A stretch of DNA of 64,000 bases from Octopus vulgaris (lineage: Eukaryota), in NCBI GenBank assembly GCA_951406725.2, contig OX597818.1, positions 37,386,001 to 37,450,000 of the forward strand, read 5' to 3'. Shown here piece after piece: positions 26,597-38,585 of the stretch (the stretch's first letter is position 1; each line of letters opens with the position of its first letter). Both the position numbers and the translations under genes were made by a program. The notes under the pieces are model-generated. The model was not told the origin of the DNA, made no database searches, and saw only the letters and a list, made by a program, of their open reading frames with translations.

Positions 26597-27545
26597 TAGG
26601 GTTGGCAACTTCTTTGTCTCCGTGGGCCAGATTGAGTATTAATGATGGATAGCAGGCCATAAAAGAATAATTATAGAAAATTACACAAGCTAAAATTTAA
26701 TCACGAGTGCTGACTATACTTAAAAATGATTTGTATAAACCACAGATGAATGTAGTAATGGAAAAATATTATTTATTCAATTTAAGACATCATTGGAATC
26801 ATTTGTTTTAAAAAAATCTTTAAAATACATAGCAGCTAAAAAATTAATGGGAAACTTGATGTTTTTTGTTCCTTGAAAGCTTCTCAATATTAGGCTTCAA
26901 ACTTGTTGATGCCAAGAGCAAGATATTATCAAGGTGATTATCAGTTAATCTTGTTCTCAAATTGTTCTTATTTTGCTTCAATTTGGAAAATAATGAAATA
27001 AATCAGTAAAAGTCTCTTGTTGGAGAAGAGGAGATGTGTAATAATATAACAGTACCCAATGAAGAAGTCAAGCACAAGAAAATGAGTGTTTGTAATTTAC
27101 CAATCGTGAGTGGTGGGGGTAAGCTATTGTTGGTTTCACAAATCAGAGATGGGTGGGGTGGGGTGGGGTGCCATTGACAGAGTGAAGGCAGAATGGCAAC
27201 TGAGACAATTGTCCCTTCAAGGCACTCTTTTTATGTCCATCAGCAGGCTCACGTTGATTCTCTATTTTTTGCACAGGAGTGGTGGTGATTGGGTCGAAAT
27301 GTTTCAGAATTATATTGTTATTATTTTTGTGTTGTGTGAGCAGAAATGATGTGCAGAGTCCTGTGTACATGACGAACTTTTAATTGTGCTTTTTCTGTCA
27401 GAGTGTTCACATCCGATTGGTGGTGGACATTAGGTAGACTGAATCAGAAGATTTATGGAAGAATGTAACAGCAGGCCTTTTATTGTCTTCAAAAACATCT
27501 CATTGGACATCATTTCTTGCGAGCCGTACATTGCTGACCCACTGC
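26597..27545 (-). mobile_element. Internally deleted hAT (Buster/SPIN/Charlie-like) transposon
   Basis: Minus strand 26844-26990 encodes FSKLKQNKNNLRTRLTDNHLDNILLLASTSLKPNIEKLSRNKKHQVSH*, a typical hAT C-terminus. Ends resemble hAT TIRs (tagggttggcaac ... gctgacccactg). Confidence 0.7.
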
Positions 27546-27768
27546 CTTAATCTGTCCTGTGCTGTACTGCATATTGGTCTATCTTGCTGTGTCTTTTTTG
27601 TTTTGTATTACTCTAGGTGTCTTTCTTACAATTTACATTTTTTTTTTTTTTTATATATATAAACTTTTGTGATGTCTGCTTAGAACATCCCCCCCCCACT
27701 TGTTTTTCCACGAGAAGATTCCTACTCTACTGTCTCTTTAGGTATCCTTAAACTATTCATTCTCAAAA

Positions 27769-27983
27769 AGGCGGCAAGCTGGTAGAAATGTTAGCACACC
27801 AGGTGAAATGCTTAGTGGTATTTCATCTGTCTTTACGTTCTGAGTTCAAATTCCGCCGAGGTCGATTTTTGCCTTTCATCTTTTCAGGGTCGATAAATTA
27901 AGTACCAGTTGCATACTGGGTTGATCTAATCGACTGGCCCCTTCCCCAAAAATTTTGAGCCTTGTACCTAGAGTAGAAAAGAT
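27769..27983 (+). mobile_element. SINE family B
   Basis: Matches the family B consensus; attattc flanks both sides. Confidence 0.8.
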
Positions 27984-28422
27984 TATTCATTTTCAATATT
28001 AGACCTAGCTACCTCAACTTTCTCAGCATTTCCATTAGTCCCTTATAATGATAATTATTACTGGCAAAGATGTTTATATATGATAGCACTAGTCCTTCTA
28101 AATATTTCCACATTGGTGATTCAACATGGCAACACTTTACACATCATCAACATCATTCTTTTACATCCACTTTCCTATACTTGCATGGGTCAGACAGAAT
28201 TTTGCTGAAGCAGAGTTTTCTATGGCGAGAACCCCTTCCAATTGCCAACCTTAACTGTTTCCAAGTATGGTAATATTATCCATGACCAAACATGTTTTCA
28301 CAGAAGATTGGAATCAAAGGACACTTCTTGCATGATGTTAACACTTGTTTACAACTAGCACGCAATATCAAGTCAAGGAGACAGTAACACATGCATACAT
28401 CTATATATAGACAAGCTTTTCT

Positions 28423-28925
28423 CATTATTTACATTCGACGGATATTTGTCCTCATCTTGTTTGTTATTAACACAACGTTTCTGCTGTTATACCCTCCAGC
28501 CTTCTTCAGGTGTCTTGGGGAAATTTCGAACCTAGGTTCTCATTCCTAAGGTATTTTTTTGATGTTATTATTATTATTATTGTTATTGTTCAGGTCACTG
28601 CTTGGAATCGAACTCGGAATCTTAGGGTTAATAGCCCGCACTCTTAACCACTACGCCATGGCATAGTGGTTAAGAGCGTGGGCTACTAAACCCAAGGTTC
28701 CGAGTTTGATTCCAAGCAGTGACCTGAACAGTAACAATAATAATAGTAATAATAACATTGAAAAATACCTTAGGAATGAGAACCCAGGTTGGAAATTTCC
28801 CCAAGACACCTGAAGTAGTCTGGAAGGTATATCGGCTGAAACGTGTTAACAACAAACAAGATGACAAATATCCATTGAATGTAAATAATGTACATAATTC
28901 CTCATCTCTTAAATATAGAACTGTA
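28423..28925. mobile_element. Head-to-head palindromic tRNA-headed element with hammerhead-like cores
   Basis: Arms 28423-28658 and 28659-28890 are reverse complements centred on GCCATGGC. Each has box A/B-like motifs and a CTGAAG(A/T)...GAAACGT core. AAGCTTTT flanks both sides. Confidence 0.8.
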
Positions 28926-29238
28926 TAAGCTTTTTTCAGTTTCTATCTATGAAATCCAATCATAAGGCTTTGATAATCTCGGGACTATAGTAGGAGTGTA
29001 GAAGGTGCTTGCCCAATGTGCCACACAGTGGAACTGAACTCTAAACCCTGTAGTTGGGAAGCAAACTTTTTAGCAGACAGTCACACCTGTGGCTATTACC
29101 ACAGGTGTAATACTCTCCTTGTCATTTTTATTTCAGAAATCATCTTACATCATGATTGATTTTTAAATAGTTACTTAAAAAGATGTAAATTTTGAAATTT
29201 CACTTTATTTCTGCAATGTTTCTGTTGTCTTTTTTCAG

Positions 29239-29316
29239 TTCAGTGTTACCAGTGTTCATATTGTAACAAGAAATTCCAAACCGAAAGATTAATGCGAGAT
29301 CATGTTCGAATCCATG
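29239..29316 (+). CDS. HINFP: HINFP coding exon 5
   Basis: tttcag acceptor, G|GTAAG donor. Encodes the C2H2 finger YQCSYCNKKFQTERLMRDHVRIH. Confidence 0.93.
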
Positions 29317-31239
29317 GTAAGAGGATTTTAAATTTTGGATTATTTTTACCTTTTACTGCTTTTACTGTTTAAAATCTGTTTATCTTTTACTTGTTTCTGT
29401 CATTAGACTGTGGCCATGCTGGGGCACCATTTTTAAGTCTTTAGTCACACGAATTGAACCTGGTACTTATTCTATTGCACTCTTTTGCCAAACTGCTAAG
29501 TTATGGGGGCGTAAACAAACCATCACCTGTGGTCAAGTAGTAGGATTGAACCCAAAAGCATGTGGTTGGAAAACTAACTTCTTACCACACAACCATACCT
29601 GTGCCTACAGTCATAATCATCATCATCATCGTTTAACATCCGCTTTCCATGCTAGCATGGGTTGGACGATTTTGACTGAGGGCTGGCAAGCCAGATGGCT
29701 GCACCAGGCTCCAATCTTGATCTGGCAGAGTTTCTACAGCTGGATGCCCTTCCTATTAAAATTATTAATTGTGCATAAAATGTTTTTCTTTTTATATAGT
29801 TTGAAGACTTGATATTTATAGGGATGCAAATATATATATATATACGTCATTCATAATTTTATTGATTAGTAGTGTAGCCGAATTGTCATGATTAGAGAGC
29901 TGAAACCAAAACAATAAACTCGAATTTCTTATCAAGAGTTATCTAGAATGCATGAAATTGTGTGGACTCTATAAGCTACAAGAGGACAATAACTCTGTCT
30001 AGCTGAACAATATCTCTGAATAAAAACTCTACAGGGTAGGGAAGATCTTGTAGTCTTACAGCAGGCAACATCTTTAGTGCCTCTGGCAAGATAAAATGCA
30101 CTCAGCTCATGATGATTTGTTGCTGATAGGATGGCACCCAGCTTTTAAAAACATGCTAGGCATAAACAATGATGGATCAGACTCCACATGCTGTTGTCCT
30201 GGCAACCTATAGGAGAACAGTAATTCTGAATAAAAAAAGAAATACTAATATAGTAGAAGAGACCATTTAGTCTTGTTGTACATAATTCATAATGTAAAAT
30301 GGTTGGTGATACAAAGGGCGATTTATTGTTAAAACATTAAATTAATCAACAATCCTCATCATTATTTAACATCCATTTTCCATGCTGGCATGGGTTGGAC
30401 GGTCTAACCAGAGCTGGGAAATCTGGGGGTTGCACCAGGTTCCATTGTCTGTTCTGGCATGGTTTCTGCAGCTGGATGTCCTTCCTAACACCAACCACTA
30501 TTCAGCGTGTATTGAGTGCTTTTTATGTGGCACCGTCAATTGTGCTTTTTACATGGCACCAGCACCAGTGCTTTTTACGTGGCATCAGTACCAGTATAAA
30601 TTTTGCCGTGGTGGACAGCTCTTGGATACAGCAAGGTGCTAGATGTCTTGGTCCTTTGTAATCTCTTTCATAAGACTCAGTGTCTTGAGATCGGCTTTCA
30701 GTACTTTGTCCCATGTCTTCCTAGGTCTCCCTCTTCCATGAGTTCCATCCACTTTAAGTGATCATAACCAATTTGTTTTTTAATGTATTGAACTGTGAAA
30801 TGTTTATTTAACTCTTTGAAGACAAAGTTTACTGATATTTCAACACTAAAGAAGACAGAGCCAATTTTAAGAGTTATTATATAAATTTGAAAATTCATAA
30901 AATCTTGTAAAACTATATCTGCATCTCAATTGGTGTCGAATACTTCAAAGGTTTTCTTTGCAAATAATACATGTGGCAAATTGTAATAAAACCTAAGTTA
31001 GTAAAATTACAGCAAAAGTTTGAATTTTTGGTGTTTCAGTGAAACCATGTAAATCTTAAATGCCATGACATCTAATCCACCAAATACTAGTCATGATGTC
31101 TCACCATTTGCTGACTTGTACCTCTATGTAGGAGCATTTGTTTACTGGCTCAATAAACATAAAAAAAGCACATATTCTTGAAAAAAATCATCCTTTTTTT
31201 TTTATATAAAAATAATCATCTGATGTTTTCTTCTGTTAG

Positions 31240-31360
31240 TGAACTGTTACAAGTGCCCATTATGTGATATGACATGCCCAAACCCACATGGTCTTAGAAA
31301 TCATCTTCGATACAAGCATACAAGTGAACGGCAGTATAACTGCCTTGAATGTGACTACAG
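31240..31360 (+). CDS. HINFP: HINFP coding exon 6
   Basis: Encodes [40 protein letters not shown] (human [13 protein letters not shown]). Donor AG|GTGAG. Confidence 0.95.
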
Positions 31361-32856
31361 GTGAGCAATTTTGTCATTTCTTTTTTTTTTTTTCCATAAA
31401 ATTTGTGGAGTCAATCATCATCGATTAACGTCCGTTTTCCATGCTGGCATTGGTTGGACGGTTTGATTGAGGTCTGGAGAGCCAGCGGCCTTACCAGGTT
31501 CCAATCTGGTCTGGCAGAGTTTCTACAGCTTGATATCCCTTCCTAATGCCAGCCACTCCAAGAGTGTAGTGGGTGCTTTTTACATTCCACAGGCACAGGA
31601 GCCAGTAAGGCGGGCCTGGCAATGATCATGTTCGGATGGTACTTTTTACGTGCCACCGGCATAGGAGCCAGTCAGGGGATTAAGAACAGCAATCAAAGAT
31701 GATGAAAATTTTGATAACTGATTTCTCTTCCAAAGTATTTATGCCATATATACTTAGGGATATCTCTGTGTTCGAAGAAAAATGTTTATGGCGGAGAGCC
31801 TGCTTCCAGAACAGAAATCTGATAGTCTCTCAATTTACATTGAGATCCTGGTTACTATTTGCCTCAATCACTCTTTTCCATATCAAATGATCTATGCCAC
31901 TAATTCTCTGCAGTGTGAAGTGACAGGGCAGATTTTACCGACAAAGGTGACCTTGAGGTAGACTACAAGCAAGATGATTTGATAATATCCATAGCCTTGG
32001 TTGGTCTTACTTGGGGACCCAGCCAGATCATTTGTTGACAGTTATTTCTGATATGATTTTCTACAGAGTATGCTCCACAATCTTCACTAGAATAAGTGGA
32101 TGATAGAGATGGATGGATGGATGGATGGAGGAAAATGAATATGCTTTAATATCTCTTTGTTTTTCTAAATCTCACATATACAGTTGTTGTAAATTTACTT
32201 CACAGTAAAACAAATTTTATGTTGATCTTGTCTGTAATTACAACCTACTTAGTTTCTCATGTTATCTCTCAACATATCTTTCTCTTTATTTTTGTCTATA
32301 TCTCACTTATGCATTAACTGCAAATTTACTTTATAGTAAAACAGATTTTATATTTACAAGCAACTAATTCTCTTTCTGTATCTTATATCTAAACTGAACA
32401 AAAGTTGAAATTTCTTCTCAAAACTATTTGTCATCAATAAGATCATTCATATTACTTATAGTAATTTATTGCATCAAGTTCAACAGATTCAAATTCTTTA
32501 TTGTATTTTCTTCCTTCTAGACTAATTCTGTGCTAAGAGCACATCATTATCATTTAATGTCCGCTTTCCATGCTAGCATGGGTTGGACGATTTGACTGAG
32601 GTCTGGCGAAGCAGACTCCAATCTGATCTGGCAGAGTTTCTACAGCTGGATGCCCTTCCTAACACCAACCACTCTGAGAGTGTAGTGGGTGCTTTTAAGT
32701 GCCACCGGCAGGCACGAGGGCCAGTTTGGTTGTACTGACAACGGCCACGCTCAAATGGTGCTTTTTACGTGCCATTTGTAATATTTTGTAATCACTTGTA
32801 ATATTTTGATTTAAAATGAAAACACATTTAATGATTATATTTTGTTTGACTTTTAG

Positions 32857-32992
32857 GAGTAAAACACCTTCAGATCTACGCCGCCACATGGAGACTCATT
32901 CAGAAAACACCATTATGTGCCATGTAAAAGGATGTTGTTTTGTGACTCGTCTTTACCAGTGCTTGGCTTCTCATTACCAAAAAACACATCAG
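32857..32992 (+). CDS. HINFP: HINFP coding exon 7
   Basis: ttttag acceptor, CAG|GTCAGT donor. Encodes SKTPSDLRRHMETH...CHVKGC...LASHYQKTH; phase consistent. Confidence 0.92.
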
Positions 32993-33061
32993 GTCAGTCT
33001 CCTGGTTTTTTTTATTTTGCTTGCCGAAACAAAGTATTAGGTACAATTTATGAAAACTATG

Positions 33062-33283
33062 CTCTTTTACTGGTTTCAGTCATTTGACTATGGCCATGCT
33101 GAAGCACTGCCTTTAGTCGAGCAAATCGACCCCAGGACTTGTTCTTTGTAAGCCTAGTACTTATTCTATCGGTCTCATTTGCCGAACCACTAAGTTACGG
33201 GGATGTAGACACACCAACATCGGTTGTCAAGCGATGTTGGGGGGGACAAACACAGACACACACACACACATATATATATATAA

Positions 33284-33316
<33 letters not shown>

Positions 33317-33479
33317 TGTACGACAGGCGTCTCTCAGTTTCCGTCTACCAAATCCACTCACAAGGCTTTGGTCATCCTGAGGCTATAGTAGAAGACACTT
33401 GCGCAAGGTGCCACGCAGTGGGACTGAACCCGGAACCATGTGGTTCGTAAGCAAGCTACTTACCACACAGCCACTCCTG
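33062..33479 (-). mobile_element. SINE family A
   Basis: Full-length copy. Confidence 0.85.
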
Positions 33480-35437
33480 AACACCTTTTATTTTCTGATA
33501 ATCGATGTTCAGGCCTTGCCAAGGCAGATTTAAACAAGTTTTTACACTGGATCTCATTCTGTCCAGAATATGAAGTTAATTCAATGTCAGATATATCTTC
33601 TCTGATCATTAGTTTGAGATTTTTTTTTATTCCACTGTTAACATGAGGGAACTGAGTGTGTATTTGTATGTATTTCTATTCATCCAACATCATTTTATCT
33701 GTAACTTTCTCTAATTATGAAACCAGACTGCTAAAGAACCAGTTTGTGGCATTATACCAGCTAGTAAATTATAGTAGAAATGAAGATGACAATGGTGATA
33801 AAATCAGGAGAAAATATATTCTGTAGTTGCACCTTGCATTGACTGTGACCTGTGTGACTGGGAAAAAAAAATGTAGGTGGTAGAAAAAAGACTTACTTCA
33901 ACATTACAAAATGTTGTTTCAGATTAAATGATAAATTCTGCCTTAGCAAGCCAATGTAGTCAAAAAAGGTTATTCTGTGTTCATGAAATGACTCGTAGAA
34001 GATAGTCTCAGTGAAAACTGTTCTATTAGAGAAGTACTTCTGAAATATTTTACTCTAAGTTTTACAATGATTCACCCCTCCCTTGTCATAATATATATGT
34101 ATGTAATGTCAGGCCAGAGTAATTTAGTTCTGCGTATTAGTTTAATGTAAGTAATTAGCCATCTCAGTGATTAAAGTGACCAGCTTACGATCGCGAGGTT
34201 GTGAGTTCGAATCCTGGACTGGGCTGCGTGTTGTGTTCTTGAGCAAGACGCTTTATTTCACGTTGCTCCAGTTCACTCAGCTGTAGAAATCAGTTGCAAC
34301 GTCACAGGTGCTAAGCTGCATCAGCCTTTGCCTTTCTCTTGGATAACACTGGTGGCATGGAGAAGGGAGGCCAGTATGCATGGGCAACTGCTGGTCTTCC
34401 ATAAACAACCTTGCCCGGATTTATGCCTGGGAGGGTAACTTTCTAGGTGCAATCCCATGGTCAGTCATGACCGAAGGGGGTCTCAGCAGCAGCATAGCAT
34501 AGCCATCACAGCATCACCCTACTACAAGCATAAGTGGAATATATTCATCATCATCTTAATGTCCATCTTCCATACTGGCATGGATTGGACAGTTTGACAG
34601 GGTCCACTGTATCCAAGGAGTACATCATCCCCCAATGTCTACTTTGGCATGATTCCTATAGCTAGATGTCCTTCCTAACAGTTTTGTTATTTACATTTTG
34701 AAGTCTGTTATTGTTGATGTTGTTGTTCTTATTGTCATGGCTGTGGTTGTCGAGCAGTTTATCATATTACATTTCATTTTTAAAGTTAATATTTAAATAG
34801 GAGGTAGACTAAAAAAGAAAAAAACTGTACATATGCATCTACTGTCGCCCCACAAAACTCTATTAGAATATTGCAATGAACTGTTCAATTAAAAGTGTAA
34901 AGTTAGAACTTTGTGTGCACATCTTTGCAAGTGATACTATATAGACTTTGTATCCACACAAGTGAGTCTGAATAAACTCTGTGTGTGTGTGTGTGTTCAT
35001 ATATTTATGAAGTCATGACTGAGCTAATATATTTCATTTTGAAAACATATATTAGCTCATTGGTTATTTACATGAATAGAATGAAGACGGGAACTGGTTC
35101 CTTCATCAGAGTGCCTTAGTGAGCAGAAACACAGTCCTGGGAACAAAAGAACGACCCAGGTTCAAATCCTGCTGGAGAGCAGCAGGAGGACACCTAGGGG
35201 TCATGACCTGGGTGGGCCCTTCTCCCATAGAATGTCAGGTATAAGGGCCGAAACACTTGTTAGATAGTTCTACCTCTGAAGATCTCTCTTACTGTGCACT
35301 TGCCTTGCAGCGAGTTTTATATATATCCATTTTGAAAACAAGTTAGAAAATGAAGGAAATCAATTGTATGGTTGAGAATGCCAGAGAAGGTAAAGGAACA
35401 CTTATCACTCATTGGTTGGTAATTAAACCATTACCTG

Positions 35438-36445
35438 TCATCATCATTTAATGTCTGCTTTCCATGCTAGCATGGGTTGGACGATCTGACTGAGGTCTGG
35501 CAAACCAGATGGCTGTACCAGACGCCAATCCGATCCAACAGAGTTTCTACAGCTGGATGCCCTTCCTAACACCAACCACTCTGAGAGTGTAGTGGGTGCT
35601 TTTATGTGCCAGTCAGGTGGTACTGGCAGCAGACACACTCAAATGGTGCTTTTTATGTGCCACCTGCACAGGAGCCAGTCCAGCGGCACTGGCAACGACC
35701 TCGCTCGAATGTTTTTTTTCACATACCAGTAAGGCGACACAGGTAACGATCACGCTCGAATGGTGCTTTTTACGTGACATCGGCACGATGGCCAGCTTGT
35801 TGCTCTGTCATTGATCACGCTCGTATGGTACTCTTAGCTCATATTAGCTCATTGGTTTAGCATGGAAAACGGACGCTAAACGATGATGATGATGATAATG
35901 ATGGGATCTGGTTCCTTCATCAGAGTGCCTTAGTTAGTGGAAACACAGTCCTGGGAACAAAAGAACGACCCAGGTTCAAATCCTGCCAGTTATCAAATTT
36001 GATTACGATTTCGATATCACTTGCCTCAACAGGTCTTCGCAAGCAGAGTTTAGTGTCCAATGAAGGGAAGGTATGCATAAGTGGGGTAGTTACACCCCTG
36101 GCATAGGCCACAAGGTTATGGTCTCACTTGAGCATGCTGAGTCTTCTCAAGCACAGCATATTTCCAAAGGTCTCGATCACTAGTCATTGCCTCGGTGAGG
36201 CCCAATGTTCGAAGGTCATGCTTCACCACCTCATCCCAGGTCTTCCTGGGTCTACCTCTTCCACAGGTTCCCTCAACCGCTAGGGTGTGGCACTTTTTCA
36301 CATAGCTATCCACATCCATTCTTGCCACATGGCCATACCAGCACAGTCGTCATTCTTGCACACCACATCTGATGCTTCTTAGGTCCAACTTTTCTCTCAA
36401 GGTACTAATACTCTGTTGAGTATGCACACTGACATTACACATCCT
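35438..36445 (-). mobile_element. RTE-type LINE 3' fragment with an internal insertion
   Basis: ORF 36116-36328 (VEGTCGRGRPRKTWDEVVKHDLRTLGL) is nearly identical to the end of the 46 kb copy. Confidence 0.88.
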
Positions 36446-36599
36446 AGAACATGTAACAAAATAATGATGTAGCATAATTTATAATGAATCATTTTCCATA
36501 AGCATGAAGTAATCACTACAACTCCTTGCCAGTAAAAGAGGAACTGCAATAATAACTTAATTATTTTGAAGATCTTAATGGTTTCATTTTTTATTTCAG

Positions 36600-36724
36600 G
36601 GTATTGACACTCATCGCTTTGCTTGTCATATTTGTGAAGCTTTTTTCACAAGAGGGTCTCTACTTACGAAGCATCTTAAAAAGACACACAAATACAAACT
36701 TCCATCTGGTTATTCAAGATTTCG
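36600..36724 (+). CDS. HINFP: HINFP coding exon 8
   Basis: tttcag acceptor, CG|GTAATT donor. Encodes FACHICEAFFTRGSLLTKHLKKTHKYKLPSGYSRFR (last finger and start of the HINFP-specific conserved region). Confidence 0.94.
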
Positions 36725-37224
36725 GTAATTATATTTTTAAAATATAATTTTGCATTTTTACTCTATCTCATTTATCAATTTAGATATTTAAATATAAATT
36801 CCTGAAGTAAACATGTTGAGTAATGTCTGCTTCCAGGTTGAAGGAGATAATGCATTTTGCTTTGGAGCGAGAAATACTAGACATAATTCATAATTTTGTT
36901 GTTATAAACTACACTTTTGATTTGTGCTGTTTTATAACTGTAATGCAAAAAACAAAGTAATTCAAGGGCTTTGAAAACCTAGCTTTGCCAAGCTAATTAT
37001 TTCATGCAAGATTTTGACCAGTGCATCTCTGTTTTTACTGAAAGCTGTTGTTAGACCATTTCAAAATATTTGTGTGAAGATGAATAGGGAAAGAACTGAG
37101 GTATGGGCAAAGTGATCTCTTCAGCTAGATTATTGAAAGATTGAGTGGTAATGTTAAACCTGCCGGTTAAATTGAAAGATGATTTCATGAACAGCAAAAA
37201 ATGCATCCACAACAGAATTATATG

Positions 37225-37455
37225 TTAACCCTTTCGTTACTGTATTTATTTTGAGATGCTCTGTGTTTCTTTCGATTATTTTAAGTATAACAAAGTATTT
37301 AGTAAAATAACTTAGTTATAATTAAGCTAGTGTTAGGAACCTAAATTGTGACTAAAGGTTTGGTGGAAGATTTTAATTCAGAACTTTTTTAAAAAAAGAC
37401 ATTTGTACTACAAAACCAGAGCCGGTTTCAGCCGGGTTGGCAACAAAAGGGTTAA
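37225..37455. mobile_element. TTAA-flanked piggyBac-like MITE
   Basis: TTAACCCTTTCGTTAC ... CAACAAAAGGGTTAA. Relatives at 38418-38842, about 49876-50010 and about 59844-60053. Confidence 0.75.
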
Positions 37456-38417
37456 ACATATTCACTAACATTTCATTTTTTGTTCAATGTGAGAGTAAGA
37501 CAAAGTATATTCTTTAATTGTTTTTTGTTTTGTTTTGTTTTTTTTTTCTCTCTCTCTCTTATTTATTCCTTGCCTTAATAAATTCAAGTTAAGAAATATC
37601 CATCCTCTTGAAAAAAAATGACATACTGGTGCAACTTCTGGAGCCTTTGTCTTTTAGATCCATGAAAGCACTTTTGTAACACTGTAGGCTATTGAATCCT
37701 CACTTATACATTGCTATTGCTACTACCAGTGATGACCAGTCACCATCATCAGTGTTTTAATGCCAGCTTTTTCATGTTTGTATGGATTAAACAAAGTGTA
37801 TGTTAATGTAGAATTTTCTATGGCTGGATGCCTTTCCAGTTGCCAACTCCCACGTTTCCAAGCGAGATGAAAATCTCTCAGTGTATCAAACTACAAGCAA
37901 CCCTGGTGTGTTTTCATGGAGGATTGAAAACAAACAACACTTTGTTTACAAAGGTTATGCAACATGTCAAGAAGTCATGAATATGCTTTCGTGGTAGATT
38001 GCAAGCAAATGCAACCATCCGTAAAACTATTGTCTTACAATCAGCAAATGAATGCATATGTAGATGAGGAAATATAAACTCACACAAAATGGGCTTCCTT
38101 CAGTTTCTGTCTGCTGAATCCACTCACAAGGCTTTGGTTGGCCTGGGGCTATAGTGAAAGACACCAGTTCAAAGTGCCACACTGTGAGATTGAACTCAAA
38201 ACCATATGGTTGGGAAGTGAACTTCTTAACCCCACAGTCATGTCTGTACCTATGACCAGTACCTCTCATAATGCTTATTTTATAGCTAAGTATACTGAGG
38301 CATTGAGATATAGGCAAATTATCAAGATGTAACCTACTGGCTCTTCCTATGATAGTTTGTTGTCTTAGCCTACTAAAACGTTGTTGTTGATTTACCCAGT
38401 ACAAAATAATGAAGGAT

Positions 38418-38552
38418 TTAACCTTTCGTTAACAACCCGACCAAAACCGGCTCTGTAGTACAAATGTCTTGTTTTCATAAGTTTTGAATTTAAATCTTTC
38501 ACCAAACCTTAGTCACAATTTATGTTCCTAATACTAGCTGAATGATAACTTA

Positions 38553-38585
<33 letters not shown>

